The notes under the pieces are model-generated. The model saw only the letters and a program-made list of their open reading frames with translations. It had not been told where the DNA came from and did not search any database. This document shows positions 1-9,099 of a stretch of DNA of 64,000 bases, piece by piece. The translations under genes and the position numbers were made by a program. The first letter of the stretch is position 1; every line of letters starts with the position of its first letter. The DNA is from Staphylococcus phage vB_SscM-1: the sequence record NC_047767.1, one strand, 5' to 3'.

Positions 1-300
1 TATGAGTAAGTAGGATGATAATTAAAACTTATAGGATGCATAGGATACGATAAGTTTTACTTATAGGATAAATCTTTAGGATGATTTACGATGAAATAGG
101 CTTAGGATGTTAGGATGCTTAAGTTACTATGGGATGATAAGATAAACTTATAGGATGTCTAGGATGTGATAAGTTTTACTTATGGTTATAACCATAAGTT
201 ATAGTTTGATAAGTTTTACTTATTATATAGGTTAAGGTGATAAGAAATTCAAATGATAAATTTCGAGGTATAAAAAGTATACCACCTTCAAACATGCATG
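1..300. repeat. Repeat-rich non-coding end/origin-like region (about ten TAGGATG/TAGGATA copies, three GATAAGTTTTACTTAT copies, palindrome TTATGGTTATAACCATAA)
   Basis: Direct reading of 1-300; no ORF of 60 aa or more in any frame. Confidence 0.6.
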
Positions 301-310
301 GTTGAGCCAT

Positions 311-330
311 TGTGGATAAACTGTGGATAA
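311..330. promoter_or_regulatory. Two tandem DnaA-box sequences TGTGGATAA (reverse complement of TTATCCACA)
   Basis: ccatTGTGGATAAacTGTGGATAAggt read directly. Confidence 0.45.
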
Positions 331-419
331 GGTAAAGTGTTATATTATAAGTGAAGTCAAGTTGATAACTTGATAAAGTATTTATACTTTATAACAAGAA
401 GAAACTTGATGAGTAGGTT

Positions 420-530
420 ACTCGAACTTAAGTAACCTACGAAGGCTTTGCCCTTAGATTTAGCCTTATAAATCTAAGTCGAGCTTGCTCGAAACGAAGC
501 GGTACGCTTCACAAACGATAACTTAAACTT
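420..530. other. Cluster of four consecutive stem-loops (AGGTTACT/AGTAACCT, CTTAGATTT/AAATCTAAG, GAGC/GCTC, GAAGCG/CGCTTC)
   Basis: Inverted repeats read directly in an ORF-free stretch. Confidence 0.4.
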
Positions 531-890
531 ATACATCAGACTCACATATAATATAAAGGCTACCACTATGTCCTTATTCAGGACTACATATAAGAAGTAC
601 TCAGGAGATTAATCTATAATAGGTTAGTCTCTTTTTTATTGGATTATACTCAAGTATACCAACATGATTTTGTCAAGAATAATAGGAGTAGGTTAATGCC
701 TTTCAGGCGTAAGTAACTCCTCAAATAAAAAGGTAAAATCTGTAAGTAGCAAGGGATATTTAGGTCAAGAATGTTGACTAAGTAGCGGAGTCTGATTTGC
801 TCAAGTAGCACCGTTAAATTCCGCCTACCCAGACCAGACCGCTTCTACCGGAATAAAATTCCGATTGAATAAGATTGTACACAATGTTTC

Positions 891-925
891 TGACCGTAAA
901 AGGATTGAGCACAATTAGCTTGTGC
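891..925. terminator. 12-bp perfect hairpin GATTGAGCACAA..TTGTGCTCAATC downstream of minus-strand gene 943-1203
   Basis: Perfect inverted repeat; lies 3' of the minus-strand stop codon. Confidence 0.5.
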
Positions 926-942
926 TCAATCTAATTACTTTA

Positions 943-1203
943 TTATTTAAAATAAATATCAAACCATTCTTCATATAATGATTCTGATAAATCTTTAAAT
1001 TTATCATTTTTATATTCAGTTTCTAACCAATCATAGTCTACAGTTAAAACAAATAAATATTTTTCTTCTTTGATATCTAATATTTCTCTTAATTCATTTT
1101 CTAAAATATTACATTGATAACGATTGTTTGTAGTTTGTAATAACTTGCGTACAAGTTTATTCAATCCTTCTTTACTTGCGTTTTTACTAAATTCCTTATT
1201 CAT
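943..1203 (-). CDS. Hypothetical protein (86 aa as re-called; ORF-track start at 1398 rejected)
   Basis: In-frame ATG at 1203-1201 preceded by AAAAGGA RBS; TTGACT-N17-TATCAT promoter at about 1262-1290 lies inside the longer ORF-track version. Confidence 0.45.
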   Translation of the reverse strand: MNKEFSKNASKEGLNKLVRKLLQTTNNRYQCNILENELREILDIKEEKYLFVLTVDYDWLETEYKNDKFKDLSESLYEEWFDIYFK

Positions 1204-1451
1204 ATAAATCAGTCCTTTTCTTTTTTTGTTTGCCTTGCTTACTACACTTATAATGATAAAGCATATAGGGTATAAAGTCAATAGTATTTTGAAACTTTTT
1301 TTATAAACTTTTAAAATAAGATTGCACACAATGTTTATGACCGACAATAGATTGTACACAATTCTATTTTTAAAATTTCTATGTCGTGTTTCTTCCATAT
1401 CAAACCAAAAAAAAGAATTTAAAAAAAATTAAACTTTTTTGCCTAAAAGTG

Positions 1452-1480
1452 TTTACAACGATTTCAGTATATGATATTAT
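1452..1480 (+). promoter_or_regulatory. Early sigma-A promoter TTTACA-N17-TATTAT
   Basis: Spacing counted directly; RBS AAAGGAGG follows. Confidence 0.55.
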
Positions 1481-1509
1481 TAGGATAGTTAAAGAAAGGA
1501 GGTGCGACA

Positions 1510-1818
1510 ATGAACGCGGAACGGATTGCAACGAACATTTGTTCGGTATTCGATTTTGACGGGTACAGGGACGATATAACGCCTAGCTACTATAATAGGT
1601 TAGGTCATAGTCGCTGGTATGAGTCACTAACGGTCAATGTACCTTATGGAGTGTTAAACACTGAAATACACTTCTACAAGCGTACAAGACGTTTTAAAAG
1701 CCCTACAGCGTTGGAGTGGGGAGTTGCTAGGGAGTTCAAAGGTTATGTAATATTGAGCCTATCTGGTACTGTATACATCATGAAAGATAACAGGTTACTA
1801 GGACAAAAAAAGTTTTAA
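1510..1818 (+). CDS. Hypothetical early protein (102 aa)
   Basis: ORF track; RBS AAAGGAGGTG 6 nt upstream. Confidence 0.6.
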   Translation: MNAERIATNICSVFDFDGYRDDITPSYYNRLGHSRWYESLTVNVPYGVLNTEIHFYKRTRRFKSPTALEWGVAREFKGYVILSLSGTVYIMKDNRLLGQKKF

Positions 1819-1837
1819 AAAAAGTTTATATAAAGTG

Positions 1838-1866
1838 TTGACAACCTCAGCACTTTATAGTAAACT
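1838..1866 (+). promoter_or_regulatory. Early promoter TTGACA-N17-TAAACT
   Basis: Counted directly. Confidence 0.5.
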
Positions 1867-1935
1867 AAAGATAGTTAAAGAAACAAGGCAAGTGCAAGCC
1901 AATTGCACACAATACAATATTAGGAGATGTTAAAT

Positions 1936-2232
1936 ATGAATAAAAACGAATTAAGCACAATGGAATTACATGAAATGTTAGTGGAGGCAAACGAAAACAC
2001 GAACGGAGCATATGAACACGTTCTGAAATACGAAGAAGCGGTATTTTGGTCTGATTTAGAAATGAGAGAGTTAAGTCCACAAGAAGCTATAAACATGGCA
2101 TTATATGGCAGTTATAAAACACATCATACCTATATAGGTTTAGACGGATATGGCAACCTAGCAGGCATGACGGAGGCGGAGTATAGAAAGGAATTACTGG
2201 ACTTATACGAAGAGTATTCTCAAGAATTATAA
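1936..2232 (+). CDS. Hypothetical early protein (98 aa; start moved to second ATG)
   Basis: AGGAGA then 8 nt then ATG at 1936; first ATG at 1927 sits inside the RBS. Confidence 0.6.
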   Translation: MNKNELSTMELHEMLVEANENTNGAYEHVLKYEEAVFWSDLEMRELSPQEAINMALYGSYKTHHTYIGLDGYGNLAGMTEAEYRKELLDLYEEYSQEL

Positions 2233-2309
2233 TAGTACACAATTAAATAGCGGTAGAATTCTACCGCTTCTATATTAAATTAAACACAATCTAATAGGAG
2301 ATGATTTTA

Positions 2310-2510
2310 ATGAAAAAAGAATTAGAAATTTTTACAGGTAATATTTATACAGAAAAGGATGTACACAATTTAATTGATGAGGTATCAGAAATTTTTATTA
2401 ATGAATTGGATACAATTGAAAGCGTGTATGTAATAATTAAAAAAGTTATTAAGTCTAATGGTAATCAAATAACTGTAGAAGCTTATAACATTTCAGATTT
2501 AATAAATTAG
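2310..2510 (+). CDS. Hypothetical early protein (66 aa)
   Basis: AGGAG then 9 nt then ATG at 2310. Confidence 0.5.
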   Translation: MKKELEIFTGNIYTEKDVHNLIDEVSEIFINELDTIESVYVIIKKVIKSNGNQITVEAYNISDLIN

Positions 2511-2554
2511 AATTAAATAGCACACAATCTATTAAAAAAATTATAAAAAAGGGT

Positions 2555-2857
2555 ATGATTAAAATGACAAACCAATTAACTAAAAAAGAAATTGAACAAA
2601 CTAAAGAATATATTTTAAATGCAATTGTTGAAGAAATTAATAATCAAGGCACTACATTTAATTTTATGAAAAAGGTTTATAACGATTATATGAAAAATGA
2701 ATTTGAACCAATTAATAATATAGATTTTGAAGATAGTATTGTATACAATGTATTTGATGTGGCGTATGAAGATTTATGTTATAATTATGAATTAATTTGG
2801 GAATTAGAACAACTTGGAATATTTTCAACATCTGATTTAATGGATGATTACATTTAA
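2555..2857 (+). CDS. Hypothetical early protein (100 aa; alternative start 2564)
   Basis: ORF track; weak RBS. Confidence 0.5.
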   Translation: MIKMTNQLTKKEIEQTKEYILNAIVEEINNQGTTFNFMKKVYNDYMKNEFEPINNIDFEDSIVYNVFDVAYEDLCYNYELIWELEQLGIFSTSDLMDDYI

Positions 2858-2874
2858 TAGTACACAATCTAAAA

Positions 2875-2910
2875 GAAGCGGAATCTAATTGACCGCTTCT
2901 TTATTTTTTA
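2875..2910 (+). terminator. Rho-independent terminator GAAGCGG..CCGCTTC plus T-run
   Basis: Hairpin plus TTTATTTTTT; the same hairpin family recurs at 2246-2270, 4394-4430, 5530-5552 and 7741-7775. Confidence 0.6.
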
Positions 2911-2974
2911 TTTATTAAATTGTATGCAAATCAATTGTACACAATTCAATTCTAAAAAAACTTAAAATTAGGTC

Positions 2975-3003
2975 TTGACAAAGGTTTAAAAAAATGGTAC
3001 AAT
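2975..3003 (+). promoter_or_regulatory. Early promoter TTGACA-N17-TACAAT, embedded in an AGGTCT..AGACCT stem followed by T7
   Basis: Counted directly. Confidence 0.55.
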
Positions 3004-3283
3004 GGAGTGGGAGACCTTTTTTTATATAAAAAAGATATTAGATTGTGTACAACTATATTCTCCAGGTATTAGATTGTACACAACTAGATTGTGTGCAATT
3101 TTATAAAAAAAAATTATTTATTTCTGGTCTTTCCCCCAACCTCGTCATTTGTATAGCGGAAGGGTTAGGCTGGTTACCGCTTGTCTTACTTTCTATATAT
3201 AGTATACCATGCGGTTAAATCATTGTCAACAGTTTTAACAAACTTTTTTTAAAAATATTTTTTTATTTTTTTACCTAAATCTG

Positions 3284-3312
3284 TTGACAGGTATTTTCAT
3301 TGTATGTTACAC
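3284..3312 (+). promoter_or_regulatory. Early promoter TTGACA-N17-TTACAC with TG extension, plus the conserved leader TTAACAAATCAAAGGAG
   Basis: The same promoter-leader unit recurs at about 7086-7142, 7438-7487 and 9043-9090. Confidence 0.6.
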
Positions 3313-3342
3313 TAGGTTTAACAAATCAAAGGAGTGGTCACA

Positions 3343-3669
3343 ATGAACCAATTTAAAAAAGACTTAACAGTAAAAATTTTACAGGATTACATCGATAGCC
3401 AATACTTAGGAGATTTAGATAATCAGCTTTTAGATGAAGATATCACACAAGAAGAATACAACGAAGCGGTTAGCCTAGAAGCTATTAAGAACTACACAGA
3501 AGGCGTTTTAAGCCACGCATATAGTACAGGGTACCTAGTTAGTCCAATTGACAACAGAAGGACTGTAGAAGCTAAACATATCAAATTTAGCGGTACAGAA
3601 AACATAGAAATGATGGTTATGCTTGCCAGTGCAGTATGCCATGCAATACATCAAAAAGAAATAAATTAA
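3343..3669 (+). CDS. Hypothetical early protein (108 aa)
   Basis: AGGAG then 8 nt then ATG at 3343; the ORF-track GTG start at 3334 is rejected. Confidence 0.6.
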   Translation: MNQFKKDLTVKILQDYIDSQYLGDLDNQLLDEDITQEEYNEAVSLEAIKNYTEGVLSHAYSTGYLVSPIDNRRTVEAKHIKFSGTENIEMMVMLASAVCHAIHQKEIN

Positions 3670-3742
3670 TTTCAAATAAAGGCTTGCAACGGTCAAGCCT
3701 TTATGTTATACTAAATTTAACAAATCAAAGGAGGTCGTCAAA

Positions 3743-4129
3743 ATGATGACATTAAAAAACAAAGTCGAAATTATTGTACCAAAATATGACAATGAAGGTG
3801 CTGAGATTTCAAGTCCTGTAATCAAAAGTGAAATAAATATCATGACTAAACTTGCTGGAGGTAATACAATCACTGAGGTTAAGGGTCAATGGTACTCAGA
3901 CGATACAGAAAGCGTTATGCAAGACGACAACTTGAATATTGAGTGGTACTATGACAAGGACATGGAGGACGCTCAAAGCTTTGTATTAGGCTTGTCGGTT
4001 ATTACTAGGGTATTGATTCTACAGTACCACCAGGAGGCGGTAAGCGTTAAAATTGATGGTGTGTTATACATCGTAAACGCTGACGACCTGTACAAGCTAT
4101 CAGGCACATTTGACAATTTAATGTTCTAG
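3743..4129 (+). CDS. Hypothetical early protein (128 aa)
   Basis: RBS AGGAGG then 8 nt then ATG. Confidence 0.6.
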   Translation: MMTLKNKVEIIVPKYDNEGAEISSPVIKSEINIMTKLAGGNTITEVKGQWYSDDTESVMQDDNLNIEWYYDKDMEDAQSFVLGLSVITRVLILQYHQEAVSVKIDGVLYIVNADDLYKLSGTFDNLMF

Positions 4130-4184
4130 GGATTTATTCCCTAGGCATTATATAAAAAAATTATACAATAAAGGACGGATAAAA

Positions 4185-4379
4185 ATGAAAACAGTTAGAA
4201 TTCTAAAAAATATTGAGGTTACTTTGGCACCTATTCATAATGACATAAATTGTGGACAATACTTTGACAAATATTATACAAATGTACACAAGAATATAAC
4301 AGTTACAAAAATTCATAAACAAATAGAAAAAGATGTTTATGATAGAAAATATTTAATTGATGCAATTGAAGTTAAATAG
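4185..4379 (+). CDS. Hypothetical early protein (64 aa)
   Basis: RBS AAAGGA; terminator at 4394-4430. Confidence 0.5.
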   Translation: MKTVRILKNIEVTLAPIHNDINCGQYFDKYYTNVHKNITVTKIHKQIEKDVYDRKYLIDAIEVK

Positions 4380-4998
4380 TGTACAATCTATTAGAAGCGG
4401 TTTAAATATAACCGCTTCTTTATTTTTTATTTATTACATTGTGTACAATTTAATTCTCCAGGTCTTACATTGTGTACAATTTAATTCAAAAAAAGTGTAA
4501 AATTAAGGCTTGACAAAAATCGAAAAATATGAGATAATGAAGTGACGACTATTTTTTCTATATAAAATTATTAAATTGTGTACAAGGTACTTTTTTTGGT
4601 CATCACTTTAATTATACCAAAAATGGTCTATAAAGTCAAGGATTAATTTTTACTTATTTTCAGAATAAAATTGTGTGCAATTAGATTGTGTACAATCTTA
4701 TAAAAAAAATTATTTATTTCGGCTCTTTCCCGTTACCCCTCTTGGGCAACTCTGGTAGTTATCTTTACTACACTTATAGTATATCATGGATGAAGCGGTT
4801 TGTCAACAGAAAAGATTAAAAAAGTTTTTTTAAATTTATTTATAAAAAGTGTTGACTTATGTATATTATCATGTTATTCTATATATAGAGTTAAGGAACA
4901 GCCACAAAAAAGAAAATAAAAAAACTTTTAAAAAAGGGTTGACACTTACTCTAAAGCATGATAATATAGAGTTAACAAAAGAAAAGGAGATGTTTTAA

Positions 4999-5274
4999 AT
5001 GAAAGATTACACTTACACAATTGAGGTTAAAGGCAAAACAAAAAAGAAGACAGTTTTAACATTCTTCTACAAGGGAGAAAAATTCGGTACTAGAACAAGC
5101 ACTAAACCTCCTGAAGCATTTGAAGCTTATGCAGTGGTAGAGGAGCCAGGTCAAGCACCTGGAATACTAGCGGTTGGCAAAATCAAAACATGTGAGCAGA
5201 ACACAAGAGAAATGAACAACTTCTACTCTAGAACAGGCAGACAAGAAAAAGCTTTCACAATCTTATTAAAATAA
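4999..5274 (+). CDS. Hypothetical early protein (91 aa)
   Basis: AAAAGGAGATG.. ATG at 4999; promoters at 4850 and 4936 upstream. Confidence 0.6.
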   Translation: MKDYTYTIEVKGKTKKKTVLTFFYKGEKFGTRTSTKPPEAFEAYAVVEEPGQAPGILAVGKIKTCEQNTREMNNFYSRTGRQEKAFTILLK

Positions 5275-5388
5275 AATAGTGCAGGATTCATTCCTGCACA
5301 ATCTTTTTAAAAACTTTTAAAAAAAGTATTGACACTTAAAAACAATTATGGTAATATTAAATTAACAAATCGAAAGGAATTGATAACA

Positions 5389-5526
5389 ATGAGATACGAA
5401 ATTACCGCATTAATCAATCAAGAGTTATTTATGTATGCAACATTCAACAAGCAGGAGGCAGAAGCAAAATATAGTGAATGGTGCGACCTGTACGGTCAAG
5501 ACAAAGTGAGCATGACAACAAGCTAA
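5389..5526 (+). CDS. Small hypothetical protein (45 aa); the ORF-track version starting at 5329 is rejected
   Basis: ORF-track start TTG at 5329 is the -35 box of a TTGACA-N17-TAATAT promoter; the real ATG is at 5389, after AAAGGAA. Confidence 0.45.
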   Translation: MRYEITALINQELFMYATFNKQEAEAKYSEWCDLYGQDKVSMTTS

Positions 5527-5573
5527 ACAGAAGCGGTTTAAACCGCTTCTACCTTTAAAGGAGGTGCTGGAGC

Positions 5574-5735
5574 ATGAACATGCTGGAGCATATCAGCAGG
5601 CAAGAGCATGTGCTGGAGCAGGTGCAGGCAGACCTGCAGGCGTTTCACAAGCTGGAGAAAAAAAGAAATAAAAAACTTTTAAAAAAACTGTTGACAGTAT
5701 CGAAACTATCCTGTAATATAATAATTAAGAAATAA
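5574..5735 (+). CDS. Candidate small ORF (53 aa), GC-rich CTGGAG/CTGCAG-repeat coding sequence, basic C-terminus
   Basis: RBS AAAGGAGGTG then ATG at 5574; translated by hand; its 3' end runs through the next promoter. Confidence 0.3.
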   Translation: MNMLEHISRQEHVLEQVQADLQAFHKLEKKRNKKLLKKLLTVSKLSCNIIIKK

Positions 5736-5761
5736 CAAAAAATAACTAGGAGATGTTACAA

Positions 5762-6088
5762 ATGAAATTTATCAAAACAATTGAAGGACTTTTAAACAAA
5801 GCAGAGCAAAAAGGGGAAGCGGTTTTAAATGGTCGCATGAATGAAGGCTGGGGAATGTTTGGAGAGCTGGAGGAGAAATATGCTATTGAGATTGAGGACA
5901 ATAAGCTGATTATGAGACACTGGGGAACGCAAACAATCGAAATTGATTTAAGTGTTAACAAAATCATTTCATACTATGGTGAGTCAGTGAGTGACCGTGA
6001 CAGCTTAAATACGCTTGTATATTGTTTAGGAATGGAGCCTAACTTTAGATACTTACCAAGCAAAGACTTATTCATCTATGAGGACTAG
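5762..6088 (+). CDS. Hypothetical early protein (108 aa)
   Basis: AGGAGATGTTACAAATG; second ATG used. Confidence 0.6.
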   Translation: MKFIKTIEGLLNKAEQKGEAVLNGRMNEGWGMFGELEEKYAIEIEDNKLIMRHWGTQTIEIDLSVNKIISYYGESVSDRDSLNTLVYCLGMEPNFRYLPSKDLFIYED

Positions 6089-6101
6089 AGAGGGTTAAAA
6101 A

Positions 6102-6130
6102 GTGCTGGAGCTTTCTCCAGCACATTATTT
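6102..6130 (+). terminator. Hairpin GTGCTGGAG-CTTT-CTCCAGCAC plus T-rich tail; an identical copy lies at 6803-6830
   Basis: Read directly; two identical copies. Confidence 0.55.
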
Positions 6131-6156
6131 AAAAAAATTAAATGGAGGTTTTACAA

Positions 6157-6657
6157 ATGAAAAATAATCAAGAATTTAGCAAAAACTTTTTAAGACTTTT
6201 AAAGGTTAAGAATGTGAATGATAAGAGAGTGCAGGGTTTTATAAATGCATATAATATCAAGCTGGAGGACAAAGAAGAAAGCACGCAGGGATATGTGAAC
6301 GTATTATACAGGGGTTATGATTTTGTAGTGTCTAAAGACTATGCAGGACAAACAGCCTTATATGTGAACGGTTATAACTTGAATGTGGACTATAAACATT
6401 TTAAGCACCTAGATTTTGATAATATTGTGCGGGCGTTAGAAAGGAAGAATAATAACCGTGTTGAGTACAAGAAATCAAAAACAGAGCAGTATAAAGAATT
6501 TAAGCACCGCCAGAGAACAGAAAAGCAAATGCTGGAGTATTATAAGGAGGATGTAGAAAAGCTGGAGCAGGAACTTAAAAGACTGCAGAGAGCCTGCAAG
6601 GACAGAGCGGATAAGGTAAAAAGCTATGACAGAAAAATAGCTAGATTATTTAAATAA
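6157..6657 (+). CDS. Hypothetical early protein (166 aa), C-terminal coiled-coil-like K/E-rich
   Basis: GGAGG then 8 nt then ATG at 6157. Confidence 0.6.
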   Translation: MKNNQEFSKNFLRLLKVKNVNDKRVQGFINAYNIKLEDKEESTQGYVNVLYRGYDFVVSKDYAGQTALYVNGYNLNVDYKHFKHLDFDNIVRALERKNNNRVEYKKSKTEQYKEFKHRQRTEKQMLEYYKEDVEKLEQELKRLQRACKDRADKVKSYDRKIARLFK

Positions 6658-6717
6658 AATGTTTGACAATCATAAATTAGTATGATAATATTAAATCAAA
6701 GGTTAGGAGGTGCAGGA

Positions 6718-6798
6718 ATGAAAGAACGATTATACAGATATGGACTTGTATTTTTTGGATGTGCATTCTGGTTATTATTCAGAATGATTTATGGTTGA
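6718..6798 (+). CDS. Candidate 26-aa hydrophobic peptide (MKERLYRYGLVFFGCAFWLLFRMIYG)
   Basis: RBS AGGAGG then 7 nt then ATG; TTGACA-N17-TAATAT promoter at 6665-6693; ends in terminator 6803-6830. Confidence 0.35.
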   Translation: MKERLYRYGLVFFGCAFWLLFRMIYG

Positions 6799-6857
6799 AA
6801 AAGTGCTGGAGCTTTCTCCAGCACAACTTTAAAAAAACTTATTAGGAGATGTTGAAA

Positions 6858-7085
6858 ATGAACATGAACGAAACTATTGAGAGCCTGAGGGAAGAGTTTT
6901 TACTACTTGATAATTATTACCCTCAGGGAGTGGCGTTAGACGTTATGGAGCGTATTGTAGCATGTGGTAAGGGTAAGGAAGCGGTGGACTGTATTGTTCA
7001 GCATATGCCTGTTGAAGCACCTGCAAGTGATATTGACCTATTCATTTATGAATGCATTCATCACTTTATAAATTATTATGAATAA
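6858..7085 (+). CDS. Hypothetical early protein (75 aa)
   Basis: AGGAGATGTTGAAAATG; second ATG used. Confidence 0.55.
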   Translation: MNMNETIESLREEFLLLDNYYPQGVALDVMERIVACGKGKEAVDCIVQHMPVEAPASDIDLFIYECIHHFINYYE

Positions 7086-7151
7086 AAGTGTTGACAGTTA
7101 TTTTTAACCTATGTTACACTTGTATTAACAAATCAAAAGGAGATGTTTTCA

Positions 7152-7430
7152 ATGAAAAACACAATTAAATCAGTTATTGAGGTATTAGAGAATAAAGGCT
7201 ACACAGTGGAGCAGGCAGAAGAAAACAGAATGCTGGAGGTTATAAGTCCTGCAGGTGTTGTGGAAGATATTACACCTAGCTTTGTTAATGCTGGAGCAGT
7301 AGAGGACTTACCAATTAGTGAATTCATCAATGAAGACACTAGAAACATATGTTTTGAGTTTTACGGTTGGACTTTAAACTTCCCAACAGCTAAAGAGTTA
7401 ATAACAGAAATTGAAAAAGTTTTTAAATAA
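7152..7430 (+). CDS. Hypothetical early protein (92 aa)
   Basis: Conserved leader plus AGGAGATGTTTTCAATG. Confidence 0.6.
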   Translation: MKNTIKSVIEVLENKGYTVEQAEENRMLEVISPAGVVEDITPSFVNAGAVEDLPISEFINEDTRNICFEFYGWTLNFPTAKELITEIEKVFK

Positions 7431-7496
7431 ATGTTTGACAGAAATATTTAACCTATGATACAATGAATTTAACAAAACAAAAGGAGATTGATAAAA

Positions 7497-7760
7497 ATGA
7501 TTATTAAAGAAATAGTACAAGGTTTCGTAGCAAATGAATTCGACAGAATGGAAGACTTGAAAGAGTCAGCGGTTAGCTGGTTAGAACTAACAGAAGATAG
7601 CTACAAGGAAGAGCAGAAGCACAACCAACAAGATTACAGCAGGAACATTAAAGCCTGCAGGGAAGCAATGCAGGAGGTCGAAAACACAGAAGACCTGCAG
7701 GTAATCAATGAGTGGTTAAGCTTTGCTGGAGTACAATATGAGGTCGAAGCGGGTTACTAA
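7497..7760 (+). CDS. Hypothetical early protein (87 aa)
   Basis: AGGAGATTGATAAAAATG; the TTG start of the ORF track is rejected. Confidence 0.6.
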   Translation: MIIKEIVQGFVANEFDRMEDLKESAVSWLELTEDSYKEEQKHNQQDYSRNIKACREAMQEVENTEDLQVINEWLSFAGVQYEVEAGY

Positions 7761-7789
7761 CCCGCTTCTAAATTAAAGGAGGTAATCAC

Positions 7790-8077
7790 ATGTTTACTAA
7801 AAAAGAAAACTACTCAAAATTACTACAGGTGCAAGAAATAAAAGCCGATACAACTTTTGAAGATACTACAACATTTTGGAACGTGGCAACATTTGAAAAC
7901 TCAACAGATGAATTAGAAGATAGCTATATCACAATTGAGGTATGGTCTGATGAAAGCAACTCAATAAAGATAATAGAATCAGACGACACAGACCATCAAG
8001 AGATTAGCGACAAGCTACCTAAAAATGTACTAAACCACTTACACAAATTAGTATATGCAGAACTAAATAAATTATAA
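7790..8077 (+). CDS. Hypothetical early protein (95 aa), acidic
   Basis: RBS AAAGGAGGTAATCAC ATG. Confidence 0.6.
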   Translation: MFTKKENYSKLLQVQEIKADTTFEDTTTFWNVATFENSTDELEDSYITIEVWSDESNSIKIIESDDTDHQEISDKLPKNVLNHLHKLVYAELNKL

Positions 8078-8092
8078 AAAGGAGGTAATCAC

Positions 8093-8275
8093 ATGTATGG
8101 TATTTGGAACGCAATAGAAGACGTGCAGGAGGTAAGAGACTACAGCAGGGAGCAGGTCATAGAGTTTGCTAATATTGAGCGTGTAACAGTCACAGGCATA
8201 AGAGAAGAAATCAAGACACTAGAAGAAGCGGAAGAGTTTTTACTAACACTAGGCTATATAGTAGAGGAGATGTAG
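8093..8275 (+). CDS. Hypothetical early protein (60 aa)
   Basis: Identical RBS AAAGGAGGTAATCAC ATG. Confidence 0.55.
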   Translation: MYGIWNAIEDVQEVRDYSREQVIEFANIERVTVTGIREEIKTLEEAEEFLLTLGYIVEEM

Positions 8276-8278
8276 ACA

Positions 8279-8443
8279 ATGACAATTAAAGAACTTATAG
8301 AGCAGTTGCAGGCAGTAGAGGACAAAGACCTACAGATATACGCATGTAATGAGCAGGGAGACAATTTACCTATTAACTCAGTATCATTGTATGATGAAGA
8401 GGACAAGCACAGCAACACAAACCCATTAGGACTAAACTATTAA
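8279..8443 (+). CDS. Small hypothetical protein (54 aa), translationally coupled
   Basis: ATG 3 nt after the upstream TAG; GAGGAG 11 nt upstream; translated by hand. Confidence 0.4.
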   Translation: MTIKELIEQLQAVEDKDLQIYACNEQGDNLPINSVSLYDEEDKHSNTNPLGLNY

Positions 8444-8456
8444 GGAGATGTTTATA

Positions 8457-8840
8457 ATGAACAAAGAACAGTATAACTATTTATTTAATAAGGTAACAGT
8501 ATTCAAGGATATGGAGGACTACAACAACAAGACAATTGACGGAGCAGAGCAATTAGACGAAGCACTGCAGGAAGGCTTTATACAAGACCTCACAAGAGGT
8601 GTATATAATGGAGCAACGGACACATTCACACCTAACACATTAAATGCTAAAGAACTTGTATTAGCAGTACAACAATATTTATATGAAACTGATTGGTTAT
8701 CTACTCTATACACTCAACATGAGGAAGATGACGACCTAGAAACTTTTGAGCAGTTAACAAGGTTTGATATGCTAGAGGACTATCTCAACTGTTATAGTGT
8801 GTTTACAATCGGTAACAGAATATATGCAGATATAAGCTAA
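8457..8840 (+). CDS. Hypothetical early protein (127 aa)
   Basis: AGGAGATGTTTATAATG; second ATG used. Confidence 0.6.
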   Translation: MNKEQYNYLFNKVTVFKDMEDYNNKTIDGAEQLDEALQEGFIQDLTRGVYNGATDTFTPNTLNAKELVLAVQQYLYETDWLSTLYTQHEEDDDLETFEQLTRFDMLEDYLNCYSVFTIGNRIYADIS

Positions 8841-9099
8841 TATAAGGCTCCTAGAGAGCCTTTAGATATTTTAGGTATAAAACTATTAAGAGAGGAATGG
8901 TGAGCGTATATGAGCGTACTAGAATCGGTAGACAATGCAATAAAGGAATTTAATCAATTACCTTATGAAGAGAAGAAAAACAAAGAAATCACGATTGATA
9001 AATTAATTGAAAAAAATCTAAAAAAACTTTAATAAAACCTTTGACAGATATTTTAGTTGTATGTTATACTTGTATTAACAAATCAAAGGAGTGGTAAAA

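Noticed and set aside
5329-5388. ORF-track start (TTG) of the 65-aa ORF; similar cases at 3334, 7488, 9091, 27936 and 23893
   Set aside because: The TTG or GTG start lies in the -35 box or RBS of a conserved promoter-leader. Downstream ATGs with AGGAG spacing are used instead.
8910-9032. 40-aa ORF MSVLESVDNAIKEF.. in the early module; also a 34-36 aa ORF at 13676-13860 on the minus strand
   Set aside because: Too short, with weak or mis-spaced RBSs. Not listed as features.
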